Below are positions 39,067-49,185 of a stretch of DNA of 64,000 bases, piece by piece. The stretch covers positions 544,001 through 608,000 of the forward strand of contig OZ252243.1 in NCBI GenBank assembly GCA_965249555.1. The letters run 5' to 3'. Position 1 is the first letter of the stretch. The number at the start of each line of letters is the position of its first letter. Source of the DNA: Nitrosopumilus sp. (GTDB lineage: Archaea; Thermoproteota; Nitrososphaeria; Nitrososphaerales; Nitrosopumilaceae). The notes below the pieces were generated by a model. The model made no database searches. It was given only the letters and a program-made list of their open reading frames with translations, and had not been told where the DNA came from. The translations under genes were made by a program, and so were the position numbers.

Positions 39067-40332
39067 ATGAGTTCTACAGGAAAAATAATAATAATTGCAA
39101 TGGTAGTTATCATAATTGTTATTGCATTAGGTGTTGTAGTTGGAGGCTCAGATACAGAGATTAACGAGTCTACAGATTCAACAGTTCAAGAAATTTCAGA
39201 ATTATCAGGTGTTGTTAACATAGGATTAATTTTACCACTTTCAGGGGATTTAGCTACTCATGGCTTGGAAAACTTGGAAGGCTCAAAATTTGGCGTAATT
39301 GAGTTTAACAAGCATTTAGAGGAAATAGGAGCTCCATGGACACTTAAAATGACTTCAGAGGATTCTGCTACCAACCCAGTAATTGCATTAGAAAAATTAA
39401 CTGCATTAAACGCTAAAGGAATTAAAATGGTAGTTGGTCCTGAAACTAGCTCTAACATTAGAAACATCAAAGGATATTCAGATTCAAACAACATGTTACT
39501 AGTAAGTTGTTGTTCATCAGCTCCGGCTTTGGCTATTCCAAATGACAGTGTGTATCGTCTAGTTCCAGATGATTCTAATCAAGGCACTGCACTTTCAAAG
39601 TTAATTCAACATGAAGGAATTGATGTGCTAGTTCCTGTTTGGAGAGGAGATACATGGGGTGACGGATTAAGTGCTGCTACTACTAGTTCATTTGAAAAAC
39701 GAGGCGGAATTATAGATGATGGTATTCGTTATAATCCAGAGTCCCCAGAATTTTCGGCATCAACATCATTACTAGCTGAAAAAATACAAGGATATGTAGA
39801 TGAGTATGGAAAAGACAAAGTTGCTATTGTATTTTTAGGATTTGCGGAAATTTTACAATTTACACAATCAGCAGCAGAGCATGAGGTTTTGGATGATGTG
39901 AGATGGTTTGGACCAGGAGCTAATACTAAAGAACATAAATTAATTGATGACCCAATCGGTTTTGAGTTTTCAACTAATGTTCAATTTACTACAGTTCAAT
40001 TTGCAGCATCAAAAAATCCAACCTATGACAAAGTACAAGCTCATCTAACTGAGACACTTGGAACAGAGCCCAACACATTTGTGCATTCTTCATATGATGC
40101 TGTTTGGATTATTGGTCTTGCAATTCTTGAAACTCAAAGTACAGATGTTACTGCAATAAAATCAGTAATTTCAGATGTTGCAGAAAACTACAGTGGTGCA
40201 ATTGGTCCCACAATACTCAATGATGCAGGGGATTTAGCTCAGGCTGACTATGAAATATGGGGAATTAGAGGTGGAGAATGGGTATTGTTAGGACAATATA
40301 CCCAGTCTACAGATTCTATATCACTAAATTAG
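39067..40332 (+). CDS. livK: Branched-chain amino acid ABC transporter substrate-binding protein
   Basis: N-terminal TM, IGLILPLSG, YRLVPDD, YDAVW, type I periplasmic binding fold. Confidence 0.85.
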   Translation: MSSTGKIIIIAMVVIIIVIALGVVVGGSDTEINESTDSTVQEISELSGVVNIGLILPLSGDLATHGLENLEGSKFGVIEFNKHLEEIGAPWTLKMTSEDSATNPVIALEKLTALNAKGIKMVVGPETSSNIRNIKGYSDSNNMLLVSCCSSAPALAIPNDSVYRLVPDDSNQGTALSKLIQHEGIDVLVPVWRGDTWGDGLSAATTSSFEKRGGIIDDGIRYNPESPEFSASTSLLAEKIQGYVDEYGKDKVAIVFLGFAEILQFTQSAAEHEVLDDVRWFGPGANTKEHKLIDDPIGFEFSTNVQFTTVQFAASKNPTYDKVQAHLTETLGTEPNTFVHSSYDAVWIIGLAILETQSTDVTAIKSVISDVAENYSGAIGPTILNDAGDLAQADYEIWGIRGGEWVLLGQYTQSTDSISLN

Positions 40333-41060
40333 GAAATTCCCAAGTACAACTTTCCAAGTTCAGGATGAGCCAATAATTCATCAGGTTTTCCTTTGAATAC
40401 ACCCTTACCACCGGCAAAAAGATAAACAAAATCACCTAAAGCTAGAGCCCTTTTGACATTTTGCTCCACTAGAATAACAGTAATTCCAAAATCATCTCTA
40501 ATCTGTTTAATTTTTGAGAGTACCTCATTAGCTAGTTTTGGAGAAAGACTGGCAGTTGGTTCATCAAAGAGCATTACATTTGGCTGTCGTATCAAGGCCA
40601 TACCCATAGCAAGCATTTGACGTTCTCCACCGCTGAGTGTATTTGATTTTGATTTTTCATATTTTTTCAGTATAGGAAAGGTTTCAAATATTTCAGGCAT
40701 TCTCTGATACACAAGTTTTGAATTTAGGGTATAACTAGCCATAATGAGATTTTCCTTTATAGTAAGATTAGAAAATACATTATCCACTTGTGGAAGATAT
40801 GCAATTTTTTTTCTAGCAATTTCATGTGGTGCAAGACTTGTAATTTTTTCACCATTATAACTAATTTCTCCAGAATATACAGTACACAATCCAAAAATAC
40901 TTTTGAGCAAAGTACTTTTTCCACTTCCGTTTGGTCCCACTACTATAGTAATTTCTTTTTCTTTTGCATCAAAATCTACATCAAAAAGAATATGATTATT
41001 TACATATCCAGAGTTTAGGGCATTGATATGAATAGTTGAAGGAATAGTTTTTTGTGACAT
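40329..41060 (-). CDS. livF: Branched-chain amino acid ABC transporter ATPase
   Basis: GPNGSGKST, LSGGERQMLAMG, DEPTASLSP, VEQN. Confidence 0.9.
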   Translation of the reverse strand: MSQKTIPSTIHINALNSGYVNNHILFDVDFDAKEKEITIVVGPNGSGKSTLLKSIFGLCTVYSGEISYNGEKITSLAPHEIARKKIAYLPQVDNVFSNLTIKENLIMASYTLNSKLVYQRMPEIFETFPILKKYEKSKSNTLSGGERQMLAMGMALIRQPNVMLFDEPTASLSPKLANEVLSKIKQIRDDFGITVILVEQNVKRALALGDFVYLFAGGKGVFKGKPDELLAHPELGKLYLGIS

Positions 41061-41819
41061 TTATTTTCCTAGATAAGATTCCATTACTTTTGGATGTTTA
41101 ATGACATCATCAGAACTTCCTTGTGCAATAATTTTTCCTCGATTCATTGCAAAGACATGATCTGCATATTGTAATGCAATATCTAATCTATGCTCAACAA
41201 TTAAAAATGTAATTTTTTGTTTTTTACAAAGACTGGAAATTTTATCAAATATCTCATGTGCCAATGTTGGATTTACTCCTGCAATAGGCTCATCCATAAG
41301 AATCATCGAAGCCCCAGACATCATTGCTCTACCCAATTCAAGAAGTTTTTGCTGACCACCACTTAGATTTTGACTTATGGTGTCCTTTTTTTCCACAAGA
41401 CTAACCATTTCCATTATCTCCATTGCTTTATCGGCAATTCTTTTCTCATCATTTTTCCATTTTGATTTTAATGGCGCCATAAGAAATGATTCACCAGCAT
41501 TATCACTGCTAGAAATCAAAAAATTCTCCATAGTTGTAAGAGTGTTAAATGGTTGAGGTATCTGCCAAGTTCTAACTAGACCAGTCTTGTAGGTATCAAA
41601 CAATCCTTTTTGAGTAATATCAGTTCCATTAAAAAGGATCTTACCATTATCAGGTTTCAAAAGTCCAGAAACCACATTGATGAGTGTGGTTTTTCCACTT
41701 CCATTTGGACCAATTAGCTGATATAATTTCCCTTTTTCTATTTCCATGTCAATCCCATCCAAAACAGTAAGACCATCAAAATGCTTGGTAATGCCCGAAA
41801 TAGATAAAATACTCATCAA
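41061..41819 (-). CDS. livG: Branched-chain amino acid ABC transporter ATPase
   Basis: LIGPNGSGKTT, RTWQ, DEPIAGVNP, VMESYLG. Confidence 0.9.
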   Translation of the reverse strand: MMSILSISGITKHFDGLTVLDGIDMEIEKGKLYQLIGPNGSGKTTLINVVSGLLKPDNGKILFNGTDITQKGLFDTYKTGLVRTWQIPQPFNTLTTMENFLISSSDNAGESFLMAPLKSKWKNDEKRIADKAMEIMEMVSLVEKKDTISQNLSGGQQKLLELGRAMMSGASMILMDEPIAGVNPTLAHEIFDKISSLCKKQKITFLIVEHRLDIALQYADHVFAMNRGKIIAQGSSDDVIKHPKVMESYLGK

Positions 41820-41869
41820 AATCTCAAAGGCGTAAAGAAATTAAGGGTTTTCGATCTTGGAATGATAAC

Positions 41870-42796
41870 TTGGCTCTTGATCCAATATTTTCTGATGCTA
41901 TAATTTTTGCAAGTCTTTTAGCTCTACTCAGTATCGGACTTACACTCACATATCTTACGACTAGGGTTCCAAATTTTGCTCATGCGTCATTTGCTACTAT
42001 TGGTGTGTACATCGCATTAGTTGCATCAAGGGTTTGGGAGAGCACGCCATACATTGCGATTCCAATTGCGTTTATAATCTCAGGAATAGTGGCTGTTGTT
42101 TTGTATACTTTTATTTTAAAACCATTAATTCGTAAAGGTGCTTCTCAAGCAATTCAGATGGTGGCAACTTTGGCATTTGATTTAGTCGTAATTGCAATAC
42201 TAAATATTTTTGCAGATTATATTGTAAATACATATCGAGTTACATCCAGAGAATTTACACTACGAAGTTATGATGTAGAGTTTATGGGACTTCCATTGAT
42301 TGTTTTTGCAGCACCAATTACAATTGCCGTTTTAGCGATCACACTACACATAGTATTAAGGAAAACAAAATTTGGTATTGCAATGAGGGCTGCAACTGAA
42401 AATTCTGACTTGTCAGAAATAGTTGGAATTAATGTAAAGTTAATTTTTGGCATATCATGGCTCTTGGGAGGAGGTATAGCAGGAATAGCTGGTGCTTTAA
42501 TGTCATTATGGTTTCAAGGAGATCCGAATTTGGGTCCGCTGTTAATACCAAGTGTATTTGCAGCAAGTATTGTAGGGGGATTTTTCAGCATCTATGGTGC
42601 GATAGCTGGAGGTATACTAATTGGATTAACTGAAGTTTTAGGAACGAGATTTTTAGCAGGTGAATTTGGTTCTTGGTTGATTGCATACAGGCCATTAATT
42701 CCACTGGTGTTTATTGTAGTTACGTTACTATTAGCACCACGTGGATTGGCAGGAATAAACTGGTCAAGGTTGAGGAGACATGGCACTAGAAGCTGA
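41870..42796 (+). CDS. livH: Branched-chain amino acid ABC transporter permease
   Basis: GLTLTY...PNFAH, TKFGIAMRA, PRGL. Confidence 0.9.
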   Translation: MALDPIFSDAIIFASLLALLSIGLTLTYLTTRVPNFAHASFATIGVYIALVASRVWESTPYIAIPIAFIISGIVAVVLYTFILKPLIRKGASQAIQMVATLAFDLVVIAILNIFADYIVNTYRVTSREFTLRSYDVEFMGLPLIVFAAPITIAVLAITLHIVLRKTKFGIAMRAATENSDLSEIVGINVKLIFGISWLLGGGIAGIAGALMSLWFQGDPNLGPLLIPSVFAASIVGGFFSIYGAIAGGILIGLTEVLGTRFLAGEFGSWLIAYRPLIPLVFIVVTLLLAPRGLAGINWSRLRRHGTRS

Positions 42797-43844
42797 AACA
42801 ATTTTCATTGTAGATTTGCTTGCAATTTTTGCAATCTATGTTATTGTTAATCTAAGCTTAAACATGGAATTTGGATATGCTGGAATTCCAAATTTTGGAA
42901 AAGTGTTAGCAGTTGGGGCAGGTGCATTTGTTGCAGCAGCAATTCCAGGTAGGATTTTTGCCAATATTGCAGGAATTGAGGGAGATTACATTGAAAATAA
43001 TTTAGCAATAGTTTCTGAAATTAATATCTGGTTAGTAGATAATACTGGAATTGGGTTTATTGTATTCTTTTTGACATTAGGTATTGCAGCAGCTGTAGGT
43101 GGCGGTCTAGGATTGATTACAGCATATCCGGCTATCCGATTACGAGGAGACTATCTTGCAATTTCATTGCTAGCTTTTGGTGAGAGTATTAGAATAATTG
43201 GGAATAATTTTACTCCACTAGTTGGCGGTACGCTTGGGGTTCAAGTACCAGATCCATTATCATTTCTTCCAGGAGAATTACGATTCCCAGTAGCAACTAT
43301 TGGATTAGTCCTAATTGCAATTGCTGTGTATGTGTTTAGCGAAAAAATGATTCGTTCACCATTAGGAAGAATGCTTCGTGCAGTTAGAGATAATGAAGTT
43401 GCAGCAGAAGCACTTGGAAAAAACACTACACATGTAAGAATTAAAATAATTATGGTATCTGCAGCACTTGCAGCGATTGCAGGTGCATTGTATGCATTTT
43501 ATGTTGGCGGAACGATTGCCTTTGCATACGATAGAGCAAGTTGGACCTTTTGGCCATTTCTTATGATTCTCATAGGAGGATTAGCAAATAACAAAGGAGT
43601 GCTTATTGGAACACTTTTATTTGTTACACTACGAAAATTCATCATATTTTTCAAAGATTCTTTTCAAGCATATGTTCCATTTGATGTTGTTTGGCTTGAC
43701 TTTTTATTACTTGGAATAATTTTGCTTGCAGTTTTATTGTATAGACCACAAGGGATTTTTATTGAAAAACCGACACCGACTATCTCTCTAAATGGAAGCA
43801 AGTCGTCAGGATTAAAGAAGATGTTTAATTTCTTTTTTAAATAG
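42780..43844 (+). CDS. livM: Branched-chain amino acid ABC transporter permease
   Basis: LNMEFGYAG, RLRGDYLAI, SPLGRMLRAVRDNEVAA, RPQGI. Confidence 0.9.
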   Translation: MALEAETIFIVDLLAIFAIYVIVNLSLNMEFGYAGIPNFGKVLAVGAGAFVAAAIPGRIFANIAGIEGDYIENNLAIVSEINIWLVDNTGIGFIVFFLTLGIAAAVGGGLGLITAYPAIRLRGDYLAISLLAFGESIRIIGNNFTPLVGGTLGVQVPDPLSFLPGELRFPVATIGLVLIAIAVYVFSEKMIRSPLGRMLRAVRDNEVAAEALGKNTTHVRIKIIMVSAALAAIAGALYAFYVGGTIAFAYDRASWTFWPFLMILIGGLANNKGVLIGTLLFVTLRKFIIFFKDSFQAYVPFDVVWLDFLLLGIILLAVLLYRPQGIFIEKPTPTISLNGSKSSGLKKMFNFFFK

Positions 43845-43916
43845 AATAAGACAAATAAATATCAAGACAAGTGATTTAGCAAACGACTTTATCCTAGTTT
43901 TTTGATATTATCAAGT

Positions 43917-44531
43917 ATGACATTAAAAAATGTAAAACCGTCATTAAACAAGATTGCAAAATCGTTAGAGAGTATTCAAGAAGCAAGAGAATTTCTACTA
44001 AAAAATACAAGAGAAGTGATTATTCTCTGTAGCAGATCAATTATTGCAGTTCATAAAGGAGATTTAAAGACTGGAAAAAACAATTTGAAACAAGCAGACA
44101 AATTATTGAAAAAATACAAGAAAAAAGCAACAGGTGGGCTTGGAAGATATCTAATTACACCAGAACAGGAATTCGTAGAAGCTGCGTGTCTAATTGCAAT
44201 TGTGGAAAAAAAAGAAATTCCTTCAGATAAAAAATTGGCAGTAATGCCGGAATCATATGTTTTAGGATTGCTGGATTGTGTAGGTGAATTGAAAAGAATG
44301 GTATTTGATAAAATTAGAATTGGTAAGATTGATGAGGCTACAAGAATTTTTGAAGTAATGGAAAATTTGTATCTTCATCTTTACACTTTTTCATTATATG
44401 ATAAAGTAGTAAAAGAGGCTAGAAGAAAAATTGATGTAAATAGAATTTTAGTAGATGATGTCAGATCGGCAATTACAGAAGAGAAAAGGCGAACTGAACT
44501 AATCAAGACTTTGCAAAAACTAGAGAAATAA
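43917..44531 (+). CDS. Translin/Trax-like RNA-binding protein
   Basis: QEFVEA, YVLGLLDCVGELKR. Confidence 0.85.
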   Translation: MTLKNVKPSLNKIAKSLESIQEAREFLLKNTREVIILCSRSIIAVHKGDLKTGKNNLKQADKLLKKYKKKATGGLGRYLITPEQEFVEAACLIAIVEKKEIPSDKKLAVMPESYVLGLLDCVGELKRMVFDKIRIGKIDEATRIFEVMENLYLHLYTFSLYDKVVKEARRKIDVNRILVDDVRSAITEEKRRTELIKTLQKLEK

Positions 44532-44547
44532 TTTTTGAAATTGTGTA

Positions 44548-44632
44548 TGCGGGCGATGGGATTTGAACCCACGAACTCCTGAGAGACTAGCCCCTCAAGC
44601 TAGCGCCTTTGGCCAGGCTGGGCGACGCCCGC
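44548..44632 (-). tRNA. tRNA-Leu(GAG)
   Basis: GCGGGCG/CGCCCGC acceptor stem, CTAGC-TTGAGGG-GCTAG anticodon arm, long variable arm, GGTTCAAATCC T-arm. Confidence 0.97.
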
Positions 44633-44684
44633 AATGAAATTTCCTTGTATGGTTTTTATAATCCTTGATTACTTTTTTGTTCGT

Positions 44685-44921
44685 ATGTTAATTCCTGTTA
44701 GATGTTTTACATGTGGAAATTTAGTTGCCGATAAATTTGAAGATTATCAAAATAAAGTAAAATCTGGAGAAAATCCAGAAAAAGTTCTCGATTCTTTGGG
44801 ACTTGAGAGATATTGTTGTAGAAGGATGCTTTTGACTACTGTTGAGACAATTCAACAAGTAATTCCATTCTATGAAGCAATTCAGAAAAGAAAACAGGAA
44901 GTTCAAGCTGAGTTAGAATAA
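44685..44921 (+). CDS. rpo10: RNA polymerase subunit N (Rpo10)
   Basis: MLIPVRCFTCG...RYCCRRM. Confidence 0.96.
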   Translation: MLIPVRCFTCGNLVADKFEDYQNKVKSGENPEKVLDSLGLERYCCRRMLLTTVETIQQVIPFYEAIQKRKQEVQAELE

Positions 44922-44922
44922 C

Positions 44923-46161
44923 TTGTCCAAGATTTCTTCTATTGAAGGACGTATTTTATACAATAGTAGAGGAAGCAAGACAATTGAGATAGATGTAAAG
45001 TCAGAAGGTAAATTTTTAGGAAGAGTTTGTGCGCCATCAGGTGCAAGTGTAGGAAAATATGAAGCAGTTAGTTTTCCTAATGGAAAACCAGAAGAAAGTC
45101 TTGGAATTATACAAGAAAATTCTCAAAAATTCATAGGATTAGAATCCTCAGATCTTAAAGGAGTTCACGATGCTCTGAAAAGTTTGGATAATTCTACAAA
45201 CTATTCAAAAATTGGAGGAGCACTTGCTTTTGCGGTAACAATTGCATCAATGGAATCAGCATCAAAAGCGTCAGGACAACCATTGTTTAAAACACTATCA
45301 TCAGAACCCTCATTCAAATTTCCATTTCCGATAGGAAATATTTTGGGAGGTGGAGCACATGCAGGACCTGGAACACCAGACATTCAAGAGATTTTGATTT
45401 GCGCCATAGGTTCAAAGACCATAGAAGATGCAATTGAAACTAACTTGGCAGTACATAAAGAATTGCGCAGTGTTTTAGAAAATGAAGATTCCAGCTTTAC
45501 TAATGGAAGAGGTGATGAAGGTGGATGGGCACCAAAATTGGAAAATCAAAAGGCATTAGAGATTTCTGCAAAAGCTTGTGAGAATTTAGGATTTACTTTA
45601 GGAAAAGAGGTATCATTGGGAGTAGACTTTGCATCATCTACACAATGGAATGCAGAAAAACAAAAGTACGTTTATGACAGATCTGGATTTGAAAATTCTA
45701 CTGGAGAACAGATTGATTTTGCAGCAAATATTATTGAAAAATATAAATTAATTTATGCAGAGGATGCAGTTCACGAAGAAGCATTTGAGGATATGGCAGA
45801 ACTAACAGCCAAATTCCCCAACATACTGATTACAGGAGATGATCTGACAGTTACAAGTAAAGACATTCTGACAAAAGCAATTGATTCAAAATCATGTAAC
45901 GCAGCAATTCTTAAAGTAAATCAAGCAGGTAGTCTTTATGATGCTCTTGAATTTGCCAGTGTTGCACATCAAAACAATATCAAATTAATCACATCACACA
46001 GATCGGGAGAGTCAACTGATTCACAAATATCGCATATAGGAATTGCAACAAAATCAAAAATGCTCAAAGTTGGGGTAGTTGGAGGAGAAAGAATAGCAAA
46101 ACTCAATGAACTATTACGCCTATCAGAGCATGATTTAATACGCGGTATGGCAGAGATTTAA
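44923..46161 (+). CDS. eno: Enolase
   Basis: APSGAS, GDEGG, GDDL, SHRSGES. Confidence 0.95.
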   Translation: MSKISSIEGRILYNSRGSKTIEIDVKSEGKFLGRVCAPSGASVGKYEAVSFPNGKPEESLGIIQENSQKFIGLESSDLKGVHDALKSLDNSTNYSKIGGALAFAVTIASMESASKASGQPLFKTLSSEPSFKFPFPIGNILGGGAHAGPGTPDIQEILICAIGSKTIEDAIETNLAVHKELRSVLENEDSSFTNGRGDEGGWAPKLENQKALEISAKACENLGFTLGKEVSLGVDFASSTQWNAEKQKYVYDRSGFENSTGEQIDFAANIIEKYKLIYAEDAVHEEAFEDMAELTAKFPNILITGDDLTVTSKDILTKAIDSKSCNAAILKVNQAGSLYDALEFASVAHQNNIKLITSHRSGESTDSQISHIGIATKSKMLKVGVVGGERIAKLNELLRLSEHDLIRGMAEI

Positions 46162-46168
46162 AATCGTC

Positions 46169-46792
46169 ATGAGTCAACAAGCAGAAGCAACAGACATCAA
46201 GAAGAAGATCCTAGCTACTGGAATTAGAGTAGGAACTCAAGTAAAAACAAAATTCATGAGACCATTCATCACCACAGCCAGTCCCGAAGGACTCTACATG
46301 CTTGATTTAGACATAACATTAGAGAAAATCAAAACAGCAGCAAAATTCATCAATAGAGTGGGAACAGACAATCTCATTGTATGTACAGGAAGACGATATG
46401 CAGAGACACCAATTGAAAAATTCTGTGAGATGTTAGATGCTAAAAAACTCCTTGGAAGATTCATGCCAGGAACTTTGACAAATCCCTCATTACCATATTA
46501 CATTGAACCAAAATTAGTCTTAATTTCAGATCCACAAGTTGATGAGCAAGCAATCACAGAAGCAACTAATGCAGGTATTCCTGTAATAGGAATTGCAAAT
46601 ACAGATAACATTACATCAAAACTAGATGTAATTATTCCAGCAAACAACAGAGGAAGAAAAGCTCTGGCAACAGTTTACTGGTTATTGGTGCGTCAAATCC
46701 TCATTGAAAGAGGAGAACTAAAGGAAAATGAATCAATGAAATATGAAATTGATGATTTTGAAACAAAGATTACCGAAGAGGAAACCGAATAA
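46169..46792 (+). CDS. rps2: 30S ribosomal protein S2
   Basis: GRFMPGTLTN, IPANNRG. Confidence 0.96.
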   Translation: MSQQAEATDIKKKILATGIRVGTQVKTKFMRPFITTASPEGLYMLDLDITLEKIKTAAKFINRVGTDNLIVCTGRRYAETPIEKFCEMLDAKKLLGRFMPGTLTNPSLPYYIEPKLVLISDPQVDEQAITEATNAGIPVIGIANTDNITSKLDVIIPANNRGRKALATVYWLLVRQILIERGELKENESMKYEIDDFETKITEEETE

Positions 46793-46818
46793 ATCACTCA
46801 AAATTCCAAAGTGTTCAC

Positions 46819-47766
46819 TTGAAATCTAAAGCTTCGGCACCAGGAAAAGTTATTCTTTTTGGAGAACATTTTGTAGTATATGGAGTAAAAGCAATTCTTT
46901 GTGCAATCAATAAGAGAATTACTGTCACTGCAGAGAAGATTGAAGAGTATAAAATTTCTATTAAATCAAACATAGGGGATTTAATTTTAGAGCCAAACCA
47001 ACCTATTTCAGAAATTAATTCCCCACTGAAACCGTTTTATTATTTAGCAAACAAAATGTTACAAACACAAAATCAGACCACGGGAATTGAAATTATAGTA
47101 GAATCAGATATTCCATTGGGAGTGGGTTTAGGTTCATCATCTGCTTGTTGTGTTGCAGGTGCTGCAGCAATTTCAAGATTATTTACAGAGACATCCAAGG
47201 AAGAAATTCTTGAACTTGCAATTGCAGCTGAAAAAACAATTTTTCAAAACACTTCAGGAGCAGATTGCACAGTTTGTACATATGGAGGCATTATGGAATA
47301 TGATAAGAAAAATGGATTTACCAAAATAGAATCTGAATCCAATTTTCATCTAGTAATTGCAAATTCAAACATAAAACATTCTACAGAATCAGTAGTTGCA
47401 GGAGTAAAACAGTTCAAAGAGAAAAATGAAGCAGAATTTTCAAAGTTATGCAATGATGAATCAAAATTAGTTGAAGATGTTTTGAAATTATTAAAAGATA
47501 ACAACATCAAAGAATTGGGGCAAAAAATAATTCAGAACCAAGGGTATCTAGAAAGGATAGGAGTTTCAAATGAAAAATTAAGAGACATGATCATGATAGG
47601 GCAAAAATCATCTTTTGGGGCAAAAATTACGGGTGCTGGAGGAGGCGGATGCATCTTTGCATTAACAGACGAAACAAATTTGGAGCATTCCATCAATCAA
47701 TTCAGAGAGAAAAATTATGACTGTTTTTCAGTGAAAATTGATTTCAAAGGACTGGATACTTTTTAA
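46819..47766 (+). CDS. mvk: Mevalonate kinase
   Basis: APGKVILFGEH, GLGSSSA, KITGAGGGG. Confidence 0.95.
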   Translation: MKSKASAPGKVILFGEHFVVYGVKAILCAINKRITVTAEKIEEYKISIKSNIGDLILEPNQPISEINSPLKPFYYLANKMLQTQNQTTGIEIIVESDIPLGVGLGSSSACCVAGAAAISRLFTETSKEEILELAIAAEKTIFQNTSGADCTVCTYGGIMEYDKKNGFTKIESESNFHLVIANSNIKHSTESVVAGVKQFKEKNEAEFSKLCNDESKLVEDVLKLLKDNNIKELGQKIIQNQGYLERIGVSNEKLRDMIMIGQKSSFGAKITGAGGGGCIFALTDETNLEHSINQFREKNYDCFSVKIDFKGLDTF

Positions 47767-47789
47767 TTGACTGCACAATTTGAAAAAAT

Positions 47790-48542
47790 ATGATTCTAAT
47801 AAAATTGGGCGGCTCAGTTATCACAAATAAAGAAAAATCATTATCAGCCAGAAGAAAAACAACAGATAATCTTGCTAAGAGTCTAAAAAAAATTGATGAA
47901 TCAATGATTGTTGTTCATGGAGGAGGTTCCTATGGACATTACTGGTCTATAAAATATGATATGCACACCAAAGGAAAAAAATATGATCTTAGAGGAGTTG
48001 CAATTGTAAAAAATTCAATGATTGAGTTAAACAAGATCGTTTTGGATTCATTGTTAAAAAATAAATTAAATCCATATTGTTTTCCCCCAGCCAGTTTTAT
48101 GTTAGGTAACAAACCGATTTCAAAAAAGGTTAAAGAAATTGAAAAAATTGCAAAAACAGGCTTAATTCCAGTCACATATGGAGATGCATTATGGTATGGT
48201 CAGAAAAAAACATACATTTTATCAGGTGACAAGATTATGACTCATCTTGCAAAAATTTTAAAACCAAGACTCAGTATTTTTGTTCTAAATGAAGATGGAT
48301 TGTATTCTGATCTAAAATCAAAAAAATTGATTTATGAATTAAAGGGTGAACGTCCTTTAATTTCAGAAAACAAAAAGGATGTTACTGGTGGAATGGTTAG
48401 AAAAGTTGAGGAAGCCTCAAAGATTTCAAAAATGGGAATGAATGTCTTTTTTGTAAATGGGAACAAACCTGAAAGAATTGTAAAAGCGGTTAAAAACAGG
48501 AAATTTGAAGGAACATTGTTTAGAGGAAAAAGAAATGCCTGA
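47790..48542 (+). CDS. Isopentenyl phosphate kinase
   Basis: KLGGSVITNK, HGGGSYGH, SGD, DVTGGM; mevalonate cluster context. Confidence 0.9.
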   Translation: MILIKLGGSVITNKEKSLSARRKTTDNLAKSLKKIDESMIVVHGGGSYGHYWSIKYDMHTKGKKYDLRGVAIVKNSMIELNKIVLDSLLKNKLNPYCFPPASFMLGNKPISKKVKEIEKIAKTGLIPVTYGDALWYGQKKTYILSGDKIMTHLAKILKPRLSIFVLNEDGLYSDLKSKKLIYELKGERPLISENKKDVTGGMVRKVEEASKISKMGMNVFFVNGNKPERIVKAVKNRKFEGTLFRGKRNA

Positions 48543-49185
48543 AGAATTTGTAATTTTAGTTGATGAGAATGATAACCCAATTGGTACTGAAGAAAAAGTA
48601 AAGTGTCATTTGCCAAATGGAAAATTGCACAGGGCATTTACTGCTTTATTATTTGATAAGGATGGCAGACTAGTAATTACAAGACGAGCAAAAGAAAAGA
48701 TGTTGTGGCCAAGTGATTGGGATGGGACATTTGCAAGTCACCCAAGAGAATCTGAAACTTTTGTGTCATCAGGTGAAAGAAGAATGCCAGAAGAATTAGG
48801 AATTGATGGGAAATTAGATTATTTACACAAATTTGAGTATCATGTATCTTTCAAAGATGTGGGTTCTGAAAATGAAATTTGTGGAACATTAATTGGAATA
48901 ATCGATGAATCCATAGAACTAAAAGAAATTGAAGGAGAGATAGATGAAATTAAGTGGATTTCTGCAGAGGAATTACTTTTAGAATTAAAGAGCAATCCTC
49001 AAATTTATTGTCCTTGGATGCTTATTGCTTTAGGATTACTTGATAAATCTGAGCAATCCATGCTTGAAAAGCATGGAAATGTCTTATCTACATGGATGAA
49101 TAGTGAAGTTCATGATAGATTGCATGAAGCAATCAAGACACATTTACCGAAAGACAAATGGAGATTAGTAAATGAAAAAAACTAA
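48535..49185 (+). CDS. idi: Isopentenyl-diphosphate isomerase type 1 (Nudix fold)
   Basis: LVDEND, LHRAF, SHP, EELG, ENEIC. Confidence 0.9.
   Translation: MPEEFVILVDENDNPIGTEEKVKCHLPNGKLHRAFTALLFDKDGRLVITRRAKEKMLWPSDWDGTFASHPRESETFVSSGERRMPEELGIDGKLDYLHKFEYHVSFKDVGSENEICGTLIGIIDESIELKEIEGEIDEIKWISAEELLLELKSNPQIYCPWMLIALGLLDKSEQSMLEKHGNVLSTWMNSEVHDRLHEAIKTHLPKDKWRLVNEKN

Noticed and set aside
44548-44632. tRNA-Leu as the integration site for the 34-43.8 kb accessory region
   Set aside because: No duplicate of its 3' end was found, and a core translin-like gene lies between
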